In this document: in pieces, positions 7,379 to 16,676 of the stretch
How the letters are laid out: the number at the start of each line of letters is the position of its first letter
Numbering within the stretch: the first letter of the stretch is position 1
IMG/VR virus record: IMGVR_UViG_3300044643_002701
From: an uncultured virus (IMG/VR IMGVR_UViG_3300044643_002701)
Lineage: Duplodnaviria; Heunggongvirae; Uroviricota; Caudoviricetes
Strand: one strand, 5' to 3'
DNA length: 20,000 bases
Translations under genes and position numbers: made by a program
Notes under the pieces: generated by a model
The model's database searches: none
What the model saw: only the letters and a program-made list of their open reading frames with translations
Told to the model about the DNA's origin: nothing

Positions 7379-8392
7379 ATGAGTAATGTTCTATTAATAG
7401 AAAGTTGCGAAAAAAAGACTATAGAAGAAAACTTTTCTAATACTTCTATAGTACATGTAAGAAATTCGCTAATCTTGAAGAAAGAACTTGGCTATGAGCT
7501 AGTTACTCATATGTCACAAATACCCAATGCTCTAGAAAAACAATGGGATCATATAGTTTGCTGTTACGCTTCTCCTTACATGAAGTACAAAGCATACATG
7601 GATATTATTGATAATAATCCTAATGCAAAACTATGGTTCCTAGTAAATGATTATGACCTAGAGGACAACGTATTATTACGAAACGTGGTAAAGAAATATC
7701 ACAAAAAATACAATGTTATCTGCAATACAGAAAGATCTGGATACCGCCATTGGATCCTAGGCAAAAAGCTTGAAGAAAAAAAGTTGAACGACTGGATTGA
7801 TGAGTGGCACGTTGCAAATTTAAATTGTTTAATTTTTAATTATAAAAACAATACTGAGCAGTCTTTGGCAAATAAAAGTAATTGTATATATTTTGGAACG
7901 CCTAGAAAGCATAGGTATAAGGACATGGTGGCCTTTAATGGCATCGAAGATTACTACATATCCTCTTCGGCAAAAAACCAGCTAAAATACACAAACGCCG
8001 GGATTGAGGCTCAGTATATAGATAAACTCGACTGGACTACTGGCAATGAAACCTTGAATGAATATAAATACTCAATATATTTTGAAGACGTTCATACGCA
8101 TAATGTATATTCCGGATTAGCGAATAGGTTCTACGAATGTCTAATGTGTGATGTGGTTTTGTTTTTTGACGCTAAATGCGAAAAAACAGTTCAGAAAGCA
8201 AGAGATCACGGCTATAAAATTAGCGATTTTCTACTAGTCAAAGATGCCAAAGATTTAAATTCTAAAATACAATTAATGAATAAAAATCACGAGTTGTATC
8301 TAGAGGTATTCAATGCGCAAAGAGAGAATATAGACGTTGCCATAGTAGATAGGAACATCTGTTTGGATAAAATCAATAAGATTCTTTCTTAA
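7379..8392 (+). CDS. T4 beta-glucosyltransferase-like GT-B glycosyltransferase (putative DNA-modifying)
   Basis: By-eye colinear match to T4 BGT: KLWFLVNDYDL~KIYYLFTDIRL, CIYFGTPRKHRYKDMVAF~VIYGGSFRSGQRESKMVEF, ANRFYECLMCDVVLFFD~TLRVWETMASDAVMLID; similar length. Start taken at ATG 7379. Confidence 0.75.
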   Translation: MSNVLLIESCEKKTIEENFSNTSIVHVRNSLILKKELGYELVTHMSQIPNALEKQWDHIVCCYASPYMKYKAYMDIIDNNPNAKLWFLVNDYDLEDNVLLRNVVKKYHKKYNVICNTERSGYRHWILGKKLEEKKLNDWIDEWHVANLNCLIFNYKNNTEQSLANKSNCIYFGTPRKHRYKDMVAFNGIEDYYISSSAKNQLKYTNAGIEAQYIDKLDWTTGNETLNEYKYSIYFEDVHTHNVYSGLANRFYECLMCDVVLFFDAKCEKTVQKARDHGYKISDFLLVKDAKDLNSKIQLMNKNHELYLEVFNAQRENIDVAIVDRNICLDKINKILS

Positions 8393-8399
8393 AGAATGC

Positions 8400-8639
8400 T
8401 TAGTATAGTTTATTCTTAATAAAATTTACTGCTTCAATAAAATTATTAATTTTAGAATCGGAAATACGATTTTCATTAATCTTATTTACTAAAGTAATAT
8501 CACCTAGTGGATCTAAATAGAAACTTAAATGAAATGCGTTTTCTGAAAAGTTAATTGTAATTTCTTGTTTTTTAAATAAATTTGTACTAACTTCCTCGAA
8601 CCCTAGTGATATTATATAATTATAAATAATTTCGTTCAT
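8400..8639 (-). CDS. Hypothetical protein
   Basis: 79-aa ORF preceded by the GTGTA-N9-ATG motif. Confidence 0.55.
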   Translation of the reverse strand: MNEIIYNYIISLGFEEVSTNLFKKQEITINFSENAFHLSFYLDPLGDITLVNKINENRISDSKINNFIEAVNFIKNKLY

Positions 8640-8647
8640 AAACTTGA

Positions 8648-11600
8648 TTACACTCCAAATCCTTTAAAATTCTTATCTAAATTTCCGCTATAATCCATTG
8701 CGGCAGTTGAGCATCTGAAATCTGGATGACGAAGATTTGAAAATAGTCCATGAAAATAAATTCGGTCGTTATTAAATGAGGCGTCGTAAACAAACATATT
8801 TGCAGAACTTGATGCAGTGCCAAGCTCTTGATTAAGCTGGAATGCATTTGTTTGGTTATCTATCACAAAATCATAATTAGTAAGATTATTTCCAGTTATT
8901 TTATCTTTTAAGGTAATAAAGGAATTTTGTGGAGAGGGTGAATTCATATGCCTATATTCCAACATGTCACCAAACTCTCCCACAGTGATTAATTCATCTC
9001 CATATGTCTTTATGTCCCATATTTGACCGGGGAACTGATCTCCGAAACCAAATGGTGGACGTTCTCTAAACACGCTACCTGGGCCAGCGCCTCCGTAATT
9101 TCTAATTATATTACCACTTGTTAAACCTACTAAAAACACACCTCTAGGACTATTACTATCTCCAGAACCTCCTACTGATACAAGGTCTCCTCCTACAAAT
9201 AAACCACTTGGATGAAGATGTAAAGCTGTAATTCCGTCAGTACCAAGAACATTTCTAGTATTATACCAATAAGAAGTATTTACAGTATATCCAGAGAAAG
9301 GTCTGAATGTTGTTAAGTGTGCAGCTGTATTTGTATCAAATGCAGCTACTCCTACATATGCACTAACTGGCGCCGCTCCAAATTGTGATGTTGTTCCAGC
9401 TGTGTATATAGTATTTCCAGTAATAGCCATTTTTCTTAACACTCCATTAAGAATGCTTGGATTATATGACTCTAAAGCACCGCCAGAAGCCGCCGAAACG
9501 TCAAATCTGCAAATTCTGTTTCTACTCAAACCACTTACCGTAGTGAAGTCACCACAAGCAAACATCTTATTACCACTAAACTGTAAATCCCAAACATCAG
9601 CATTCATATTTGGGTTCCAGCTATCTAACGTGTTATCATTAAGATTAATTCTAGCAATTCTATTCCTTGCTGTTCCAAGTACAGATGTAAATGTGCCGCC
9701 AATATAAAGAAAATTATCTCTTCTTTTTATTGCAAAAACACTATTATTAACATTATAATCAATTCCTGAAATTCTCTGGTTATTTAAATCAAACCATGCC
9801 ACTCTATTTCTTGTAACTGTTGACTCATTACTTGTCGCAGGAGACATGTTTTGAACAAGTGTAAATTGTCCACCGATATACATAAATCCAGACTCCAAGA
9901 AACTAGACAATATACCACCATTCCTAGTACAACGTGGCGCACCGTTATTAATATTACCAGTAACGAGATTTCCAGAATCCAAGTTATAAGCAAGTTGATT
10001 GGCATAGGGTGTGAAATTTTGATTCCCTACGGATATACCTAAACTATTAAATGTTCCGTTGATATATGCATTATTATTATATATTTCTATAGTTCTACCA
10101 GCACCTACTTGGTTAAGCATTAAACTCAAAACAGGAGTGTCTAAAAGTGTTCCACTTTGAATACTAAACGTAGCTATACCACCCCTTCTTTCTCCAGCAT
10201 GTGCAAAACTTCCGCAAACTAAAACGCCAGATGGGGTTACTCTAATATTGGTAGGTTCTCTAGGCAATTTTGGATCCCATGCTAATAATCCTGTATTATT
10301 TAAATTAATTGCCGCGCCGAAGTTTCTTTCTTGACCCAAGACTCTTCTAAATGCCCCACCTATATACAATGTATTAGTACTTGTATCAATATCCATTGCC
10401 TTAACTTCACGATCAAGGTTTAAATTAAAATTTGTAATTGAATTGTTTTGTAAATCTAAACAGAACAGACCATTCCTACTAAGGCCACTTACCGTACCAA
10501 AAGTGCCACCAACATAGAGTCTGTCATTTTGCCTGCGCATACACGAAATAACGGAATTAGAACTTGGTCCGGTTTTATTAGAATTAAAGCCAAAGTTTTG
10601 AACTATTTCAAAATTTGTTCCATATCTCACTTGATTAGTATTTATATCAATACCAGCAAAAGACCTAATTCTATTTGGAACCGAACCAGAAACAAAATTT
10701 CCACCCATAAATAGAACATTACCACTTTTTTCTAAACATAAAATGTCGGTGTTAACGCCAAGATCAACATTGAAATTTGTAGTTAACCCACCAGTTCTCA
10801 AGTCTACAATCGCCACAGAATTTCTAATACCCGTAGTAAGTGTTGGCGAGTTTACGCTATTGAATCTACCACCAATTGCCAAAGTATTATCTCCAGTATC
10901 TAAATGCATAGACCAAATCCCCTGCGCAAGATTATTTGACGAATAATTACTTGTTGGCGCGCTAACCATTTGAATATTTGGATTCCAGTCTAGAATTCTA
11001 TTTGTATTCAGATCTACAGCAAAAGCATTATTTCTTTTTATTTTTTCGATAAATCCGCCATGACTTCTTCCAAAAATTAGCATGTTATTACCACGTTTTT
11101 GATAAGAATCAAATAAAAGTCCATTACTTCCATGATAGTAACTATTACCACCACAACCTTGACTTAATCCAGTGTGTATTGTCAGACCACTCACATTGTC
11201 TATAATGTAAGGTGGATTTACAGGATTATGATCATTTGCTATTAATGTTGGATTTGATGTTGAGTTATTAACTCTATATGTCCAAAGTTTAGACTGATCA
11301 CCCCTCAAATCCACAATAACCTTGTTTCCAAACTCGTTTACATATCCACACAAACCCAATGGCAAAATAGAATTTGGTCTGAATCCCGTCATTATTACTC
11401 CATTTTCATAATCAACTCTACATAAAAATTGGTAATTGCCACCAGTTCCGGCTACGGTTGTAAAATCTCCACCAATGTAAAGGCCGCTTACGCCAGTATT
11501 CATTGATCTAACAATTCCATTTAAGTTAGGATTAAATGGTAATAAAGTCATATCCGGAAATGTAACTGCGGCAATTCTATTCCTAGTAACCCCACCAACT

Positions 11601-12502
11601 GTGGTAAAAGTTCCATTAAAGTAAATTTTATTACCAGAACGTATCATGCTATAAATTTCACCATTTGGGCCAGCCGCAGAAGTAAATCCCGTAATTGCTG
11701 TACCGCTAACATAATCTAAACAAACTATACGGTTCCAACTTCCACCTGCGGCTGTTGTAAAATTTCCACAAACCCAAACGCCAGTTCTGTTAGGATAAAA
11801 ATTTCCAGTATCTACAAAATAATCGTTACAATTTGAATTAGTTCTCGTGCTATTTGAAAAATTTTGAAACCAAGTTCTATCTGGAATTAAAGACCATCTA
11901 TAATTATTTGCTGGATTTACTTCTAAGTTCATTTTAACTATAGATGGGTTATACAAACCAAAGCCATAGTTAGCACCATTAATGACATTATTGCTATTAA
12001 ATACTTGAATATTATTGCCTGCATGGCGAAAAAGAAGCCCAGAGCCAACCCACTTTAACCCTATAATGGCATTTCCCCCACCCATAGCCATACCCAGCCC
12101 CGTATTAATACCAGATGGAGTAATTTGTATAAAACTCTCTCTACCACCAAGCATATTTGCTGGAGAGGTTGATGTAGACCCATCTGGACGACAAACTTGA
12201 GAAATATTATTAACATTTCTAAAATTGCCACAAAAATATTTATTTCCATATGGATCCACTTCATAACCTACCTTGGTATGACCAATGCTATCTCCATAAA
12301 TTTTAGCATCTACATTTGCAGGATATACATTTAAATCCGAATCTATCTCAGCGAAAGGAGAGTAAACTTGGCAAAGCGAGTTAAAATTGCCTCCAAAATA
12401 TAAAACATTACCACTAATAGCTGATGCCAAAACTGGCCCATTTGGATATAAAAAGTTTTTTTCGTTAGTATCCTTATCTAAATTTGAAAACGGGAAAAAC
12501 AT
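8648..12502 (-). CDS. Large beta-propeller repeat protein, putative virion adhesin/receptor-binding protein
   Basis: 1284 aa with about 18 recognisable repeats of consensus LYxGGxFTxVxGxxRNRIAxxD...W/FNPN; Gly/Asn/Thr-rich; no signal peptide; lies in the fibre operon. Confidence 0.8.
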   Translation of the reverse strand: MFFPFSNLDKDTNEKNFLYPNGPVLASAISGNVLYFGGNFNSLCQVYSPFAEIDSDLNVYPANVDAKIYGDSIGHTKVGYEVDPYGNKYFCGNFRNVNNISQVCRPDGSTSTSPANMLGGRESFIQITPSGINTGLGMAMGGGNAIIGLKWVGSGLLFRHAGNNIQVFNSNNVINGANYGFGLYNPSIVKMNLEVNPANNYRWSLIPDRTWFQNFSNSTRTNSNCNDYFVDTGNFYPNRTGVWVCGNFTTAAGGSWNRIVCLDYVSGTAITGFTSAAGPNGEIYSMIRSGNKIYFNGTFTTVGGVTRNRIAAVTFPDMTLLPFNPNLNGIVRSMNTGVSGLYIGGDFTTVAGTGGNYQFLCRVDYENGVIMTGFRPNSILPLGLCGYVNEFGNKVIVDLRGDQSKLWTYRVNNSTSNPTLIANDHNPVNPPYIIDNVSGLTIHTGLSQGCGGNSYYHGSNGLLFDSYQKRGNNMLIFGRSHGGFIEKIKRNNAFAVDLNTNRILDWNPNIQMVSAPTSNYSSNNLAQGIWSMHLDTGDNTLAIGGRFNSVNSPTLTTGIRNSVAIVDLRTGGLTTNFNVDLGVNTDILCLEKSGNVLFMGGNFVSGSVPNRIRSFAGIDINTNQVRYGTNFEIVQNFGFNSNKTGPSSNSVISCMRRQNDRLYVGGTFGTVSGLSRNGLFCLDLQNNSITNFNLNLDREVKAMDIDTSTNTLYIGGAFRRVLGQERNFGAAINLNNTGLLAWDPKLPREPTNIRVTPSGVLVCGSFAHAGERRGGIATFSIQSGTLLDTPVLSLMLNQVGAGRTIEIYNNNAYINGTFNSLGISVGNQNFTPYANQLAYNLDSGNLVTGNINNGAPRCTRNGGILSSFLESGFMYIGGQFTLVQNMSPATSNESTVTRNRVAWFDLNNQRISGIDYNVNNSVFAIKRRDNFLYIGGTFTSVLGTARNRIARINLNDNTLDSWNPNMNADVWDLQFSGNKMFACGDFTTVSGLSRNRICRFDVSAASGGALESYNPSILNGVLRKMAITGNTIYTAGTTSQFGAAPVSAYVGVAAFDTNTAAHLTTFRPFSGYTVNTSYWYNTRNVLGTDGITALHLHPSGLFVGGDLVSVGGSGDSNSPRGVFLVGLTSGNIIRNYGGAGPGSVFRERPPFGFGDQFPGQIWDIKTYGDELITVGEFGDMLEYRHMNSPSPQNSFITLKDKITGNNLTNYDFVIDNQTNAFQLNQELGTASSSANMFVYDASFNNDRIYFHGLFSNLRHPDFRCSTAAMDYSGNLDKNFKGFGV
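8649..8653 (-). promoter_or_regulatory. GTGTA motif (candidate late promoter)
   Basis: Minus strand GTGTA-ATCAAGTTT-ATG(8639); overlaps the last codon and stop of the upstream gene. Confidence 0.4.
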
Positions 12503-12504
12503 AT

Positions 12505-13491
12505 TTAGTTACTGAAGTCTTTAACATAAGTTGAATAAAAATTTGAACCAATTCTTAGTACTGTATAAATATCAACCCTGCTTTGTTGTAAAGTTAATGA
12601 AGGAGTTACGCCGCCTGGGAACTTATATGCAAAATTAAATGCCATATTGTTGCTTCCACTAGGACTTTGTTGAATTTCAATAATAATACTATCTCCATTA
12701 ACCATATTAATAGGCGCGTTTAGCGTTGCCGTGGCCCCAGCAACTCCAGTTAAAACATATTCAAAAACCCGTGCTTCATTTGCGTCTGGAGTAAAATTAT
12801 TTCCAGTAAAAGATCTTATATTTCTTAGAAAATAAACAGGTTGACCACTAACTTGTGGCGTGGTCGTAAAATTTTTAAGACCACTGACTGTTTGATTACC
12901 AGTAATAAACATTATGTTACTAGATGAAGAATTTACGTAGCCGCTTAGATTGTTAATGTTAGTTTGTAGCGTAGAACCAGTAGAAGCGAGGTTCGTTGGC
13001 GTAGCGGCTTCGCCGCTCAAGACTACTCCGGTTCCGTTAACAGTAGGACGCAGACTAAAAACTCCAGAGCCAGAAACGAAAAGATTACCAGAAACGAAAA
13101 GTTTTTGTGTACCAGTAGTAGGTAATGCGCCAATACCAACTGAATTTCCAGTGATAATAAAATCGTTACGATTAAATGCACCCATGATAACAGTATTATC
13201 ATCGAATGCCTCGATAATTGGCAATCCAGCGATATCATTAACGCTGAATAAAGATCCCGAAAGGCTATCTGTTACTGAAAATAATCTACCATTAGCACCA
13301 TCTATACTAAATCTTTCTACTCCAGTTGGGTTAGATACATAGCTTGCTAAGTTTAATCCGCCATAATTATCATAATTTATTCTAGCACCAAAGCCCCCTC
13401 CAGTAAAATTTGGATTAAAAAATCCACCACCAGCAATTCCGGTTGAGAATTCTATAATTCCAGAATTAGGATGGATTAAAATATTTGGCAT
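12505..13491 (-). CDS. Tail fibre-like protein
   Basis: G/S/T-rich shaft, TGNQTVSGLKNFT motif, RLFSVTDSLSGSLFSVNDIAGLPIIE block, and a C-terminal IEIQQ..G....FxxAYKFPGGVTPSLT..VDIY domain typical of phage fibres. Confidence 0.72.
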   Translation of the reverse strand: MPNILIHPNSGIIEFSTGIAGGGFFNPNFTGGGFGARINYDNYGGLNLASYVSNPTGVERFSIDGANGRLFSVTDSLSGSLFSVNDIAGLPIIEAFDDNTVIMGAFNRNDFIITGNSVGIGALPTTGTQKLFVSGNLFVSGSGVFSLRPTVNGTGVVLSGEAATPTNLASTGSTLQTNINNLSGYVNSSSSNIMFITGNQTVSGLKNFTTTPQVSGQPVYFLRNIRSFTGNNFTPDANEARVFEYVLTGVAGATATLNAPINMVNGDSIIIEIQQSPSGSNNMAFNFAYKFPGGVTPSLTLQQSRVDIYTVLRIGSNFYSTYVKDFSN

Positions 13492-13499
13492 ATATATTT

Positions 13500-13504
13500 T
13501 ACAC
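13500..13504 (-). promoter_or_regulatory. GTGTA motif (candidate late promoter)
   Basis: Minus strand GTGTA-AAATATAT-ATG(13491), filling the entire 13-nt intergenic gap. Confidence 0.5.
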
Positions 13505-14224
13505 TTAAGGTAGACGAAACCTTCCCTTTAAAGCTCTATAATTCTGGAGTATTTCAATATCTGTTAAGGCCCTGTTATAGTATTGATATGCATATATTTC
13601 TGCATTTAAAGGATTTTGATAATTATTTTCCCCTACAGTTGAGAACTGTCTGCACCCCAAGAATAAAGCATTATGATCATTGAATGTATAACTTGAAGCC
13701 ATTGGCTGTATTCCATCTAAAATACCATTTAGATAATATCTAACTTGCAAATTTGTTTGATTACAAACAACTGAACAATATGAAATTTGTTGATTAATGG
13801 CAGTATTATTTCTGGATGTATTACCTCCATATAAATCACCCGCCTCCATGCCAAAATATCCACCGTTAATAGTATGAATAACAAAATTTCCACCACCATA
13901 ATCAATGGAATCAGCGGAATTTTTAATACAAAATATACCCCTATGGTTAGCAGTAGTATTAATTCTTATCCAAAAACCAACAGTAAAATTAAAAACAACC
14001 GGAAAGAAGCCAGAAACATATAAAAAATCATCAGCACCATCTAAAGTAAACCTTCCAAAATTTGCCGCAGAAAAAAGCGTACCATTCTTTATGCTGGCAT
14101 TTTTATCATTTCTACTCAAATCTCTCCAAATAGTGCCAGAACCAGAATAAGACTTTCTATTTCCTGCATCTAAACAAAGAATTAAACCGTCTTCAATAAC
14201 ATCTGGACCTGCGGCTGCGCTCAT
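13505..14224 (-). CDS. LamG / concanavalin A-like lectin domain protein
   Basis: DGLILCLDAGNRKSYSGSGTIWRDLS...LDGADD..FTVGFW...YYLNG...YYNRALTDIEILQNY. Confidence 0.85.
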   Translation of the reverse strand: MSAAAGPDVIEDGLILCLDAGNRKSYSGSGTIWRDLSRNDKNASIKNGTLFSAANFGRFTLDGADDFLYVSGFFPVVFNFTVGFWIRINTTANHRGIFCIKNSADSIDYGGGNFVIHTINGGYFGMEAGDLYGGNTSRNNTAINQQISYCSVVCNQTNLQVRYYLNGILDGIQPMASSYTFNDHNALFLGCRQFSTVGENNYQNPLNAEIYAYQYYNRALTDIEILQNYRALKGRFRLP

Positions 14225-14225
14225 A

Positions 14226-14486
14226 TTAAGGCTCTAAATTAAAAGGCTGGGTCCATTCCTCAGTTGACAAAATTGCAAGAATCTCTTCATTAGTATAAGG
14301 ACCTTCTATGCCTTGGGTTATACTGGCCACCGATGCTGGCATTTCACTTTCCCACTTAACAAAGGTCTTGGTGCCATTAACTGACTTGCGAACAGTCTCT
14401 GCAGAAGTTTCTAAGACTTCATCAAAGTTAATGTTGGGAAGTTCTGTTACGGGGAATATTAGGTATTGTCTGTTTTCGTAGTTCAT
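14226..14486 (-). CDS. Small acidic conserved phage protein within the fibre module
   Basis: INFDEVLETSAETVRKSVNGTKTFVKW..GPYTNEEILAILSTEEW; sits between the LamG paralogues. Confidence 0.7.
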   Translation of the reverse strand: MNYENRQYLIFPVTELPNINFDEVLETSAETVRKSVNGTKTFVKWESEMPASVASITQGIEGPYTNEEILAILSTEEWTQPFNLEP

Positions 14487-15160
14487 AAATTGTATCTGCC
14501 TTTTGTTGCATTGTAGTTTTGTTGGATTTCTGCGGGGGTTAGGGCGCGGTTATAGATAAAATAATTGGATATTGTTCCATTTAAAAAGTTATCGATTGTT
14601 GTACCGTTAATGTGGGAAGCACCTATTGTGAATAAGCTGGTAGAAATATTTACTATGGAAGAACTAAAGGGTGTTGTAGAGTGTAATACCCCATTTACAA
14701 ATAAAGTTTTATTACTGCTGTCTACTAACAAATTTATATTTACCCAAGTATTAATTGGAATATTATAACCTGTAGTCCACTGATCTAAACCTGTATCAAA
14801 TCTAACTGTATTTTGAGGACCTCCAAGCCCCAATCCAAAAATACTAATACCACGACCAATTTCAGTTCTAGAGCAGTAAAAACATTGATTCTTAGTAGCA
14901 TTAATTTTAGACCAAAAGCTTATTGTAAAGGGCTTATCCGATATTATATTATTATTAGCTACATAATCATTGCTTCCATCGAAAACTATACTACCTGCAT
15001 TTGCACTACTAAATGTTGGACCATTTGTCAGAGTTCCATTATTAGACCCAGCCAAGTCTGTCCAAACAGTTCCTGAACCTGAATAAGATTTCCTGTTTGC
15101 GGCATCAAGACACAAGACAAGACCGTTTGTAACTATTCTTGGTGAATGTTGAAGACTCAT
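14483..15160 (-). CDS. LamG / concanavalin A-like lectin domain protein
   Basis: NGLVLCLDAANRKSYSGSGTVWTDL...FDGSNDY..FTISFW...LFVNG...IYNRALTPAEIQQNY. Confidence 0.85.
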   Translation of the reverse strand: MSLQHSPRIVTNGLVLCLDAANRKSYSGSGTVWTDLAGSNNGTLTNGPTFSSANAGSIVFDGSNDYVANNNIISDKPFTISFWSKINATKNQCFYCSRTEIGRGISIFGLGLGGPQNTVRFDTGLDQWTTGYNIPINTWVNINLLVDSSNKTLFVNGVLHSTTPFSSSIVNISTSLFTIGASHINGTTIDNFLNGTISNYFIYNRALTPAEIQQNYNATKGRYNL

Positions 15161-15924
15161 CTTACATATACCTCCACTCTTGCGGATCTATTTATACCTA
15201 TGGTATCTGCACAACAACCAATCACATCTCCAGCAGAAAAATCTCTACTTCCGTTTGTAAAAGCTTGAGTACCTTTTAATCCGATGCCACCAACAACATC
15301 ATCTGAATTCATGTCTCCATTTGGAAATAGTCCGCCACCATTTTCATTCCAACCAAACCCCCAGCGACTTTTAGCTAAATTATTATTATTAAAATAATTA
15401 AAACCGTAAAATCTTACGTCTACTTGACTAGAAAAAATACCATTTGCCCAGCCACTATATGTTTTAGCATCCATAACAAATTTTCTTGAAGCCGTAGAAA
15501 AGAAAGAAATTGGAGCTATTCTTGTTCCATCATTGTAATTGTTTTGTAACCAAACCCAAGAACCAAGACCAGTAATACTACCACCAGTACCAGTGGTTAT
15601 ATCAGGCCACCTAGCTAAAAAATCTTTGCCTTGATAATAATTCATCACATCGAACTTTGCATCTCCGTTGTTTTGATTAACCTGACTAGCATTTAATGTA
15701 TTATTTGTTGTCCAATAATTTGCATCATAAGCAAAAGTTGTTCCAGTTGTAGATTTCATCATCATCATCCAACCGCCACCATCCCATTTGCTATCTAAAA
15801 GACAATACACTAATGTTCTTCCTATTACTGGCAAGTTGATTAAATAAACTCCATCTCTCCTTATTCCCCACGAAACTAATTGAAGAGCAGAGTTAGCTAT
15901 TGGCAATCCGTATCTTGTAGCCAT
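15157..15924 (-). CDS. Fibrinogen C-terminal-like (intelectin-like) domain protein
   Basis: DGVYLI...VYCLLD...DGGGWMMMMK matches the fibrinogen-domain GxYxI..VYCDM..DGGGWT motif. Confidence 0.72.
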   Translation of the reverse strand: MATRYGLPIANSALQLVSWGIRRDGVYLINLPVIGRTLVYCLLDSKWDGGGWMMMMKSTTGTTFAYDANYWTTNNTLNASQVNQNNGDAKFDVMNYYQGKDFLARWPDITTGTGGSITGLGSWVWLQNNYNDGTRIAPISFFSTASRKFVMDAKTYSGWANGIFSSQVDVRFYGFNYFNNNNLAKSRWGFGWNENGGGLFPNGDMNSDDVVGGIGLKGTQAFTNGSRDFSAGDVIGCCADTIGINRSARVEVYVR

Positions 15925-15925
15925 A

Positions 15926-16663
15926 TTAAAACTCCACTATTAATTTTGGAATATCTTTTCGTTCTCCATAGACTGTATAAAAATAGTCATTTCCATTATT
16001 ACCATTTGTGACTACTCTTTGGTTATTATAATCAATAACATAAATATTATTAGCGGCGCTAATTGGGGTTAAATTAACTGAAATACTGTTTTCATCAACC
16101 AAATTAAACCAATAACTTGGAAGATTTATTATATTTTCGTTAGTTTTTCCTCTCACAAATACTCCGTGCTCCGGGCCTTCTAAACTACCATATTGAAGTT
16201 TCTTGTTAACTTGACTTGGGTGATCAATCAAGAATGATTTAGAGGCGGCAGAAAGATGTCCAGTTATTGTTGTACTACCACTTACTATTAGATTACCTTG
16301 TAAATTTGTATTATCAAAAATATTCAGAAGCCCAGTGCCATTGATATTTATGTTGTTACCTGTGATTAATACATCTCTTAAAATTCCATTTTGAGACCGT
16401 TGAGAACCAACTACGAATTGATTATTACTCCATCCAATTAACCCAAATTCACCAGAATTTATTCCCGTGTTATTAAATATTCTTAAATTTTGAGCACTTG
16501 TTCCGCTATAAATATCTATACCAGATGTAAATGTTTTTAAACCATTAATTATTTGGTTTCCGGTAGTGAAGACAATTGATCCAGTAAGAGAAACTGGTGT
16601 ATACCCAGTCAAATCCGACTTTAAAGCATACCTACATAAATCATCATAATTAGGTAGCGGCAT
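15926..16663 (-). CDS. Tail fibre-like protein with conserved C-terminal domain
   Basis: TGNQIINGLKTFT shaft motif; C-terminal SKSFLIDHP..LQYGSLEGPEHGVFVRG..YTVYGERKD domain common in phage fibres. Confidence 0.72.
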   Translation of the reverse strand: MPLPNYDDLCRYALKSDLTGYTPVSLTGSIVFTTGNQIINGLKTFTSGIDIYSGTSAQNLRIFNNTGINSGEFGLIGWSNNQFVVGSQRSQNGILRDVLITGNNININGTGLLNIFDNTNLQGNLIVSGSTTITGHLSAASKSFLIDHPSQVNKKLQYGSLEGPEHGVFVRGKTNENIINLPSYWFNLVDENSISVNLTPISAANNIYVIDYNNQRVVTNGNNGNDYFYTVYGERKDIPKLIVEF

Positions 16664-16676
16664 AAAAAAGAAAAGT

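Noticed and set aside
13505..15924. Diversity-generating retroelement acting on the lectin genes
   Set aside because: No reverse transcriptase and no near-identical template/variable repeat pair with adenine-specific mismatches; similarity between paralogues is mainly at the protein level.
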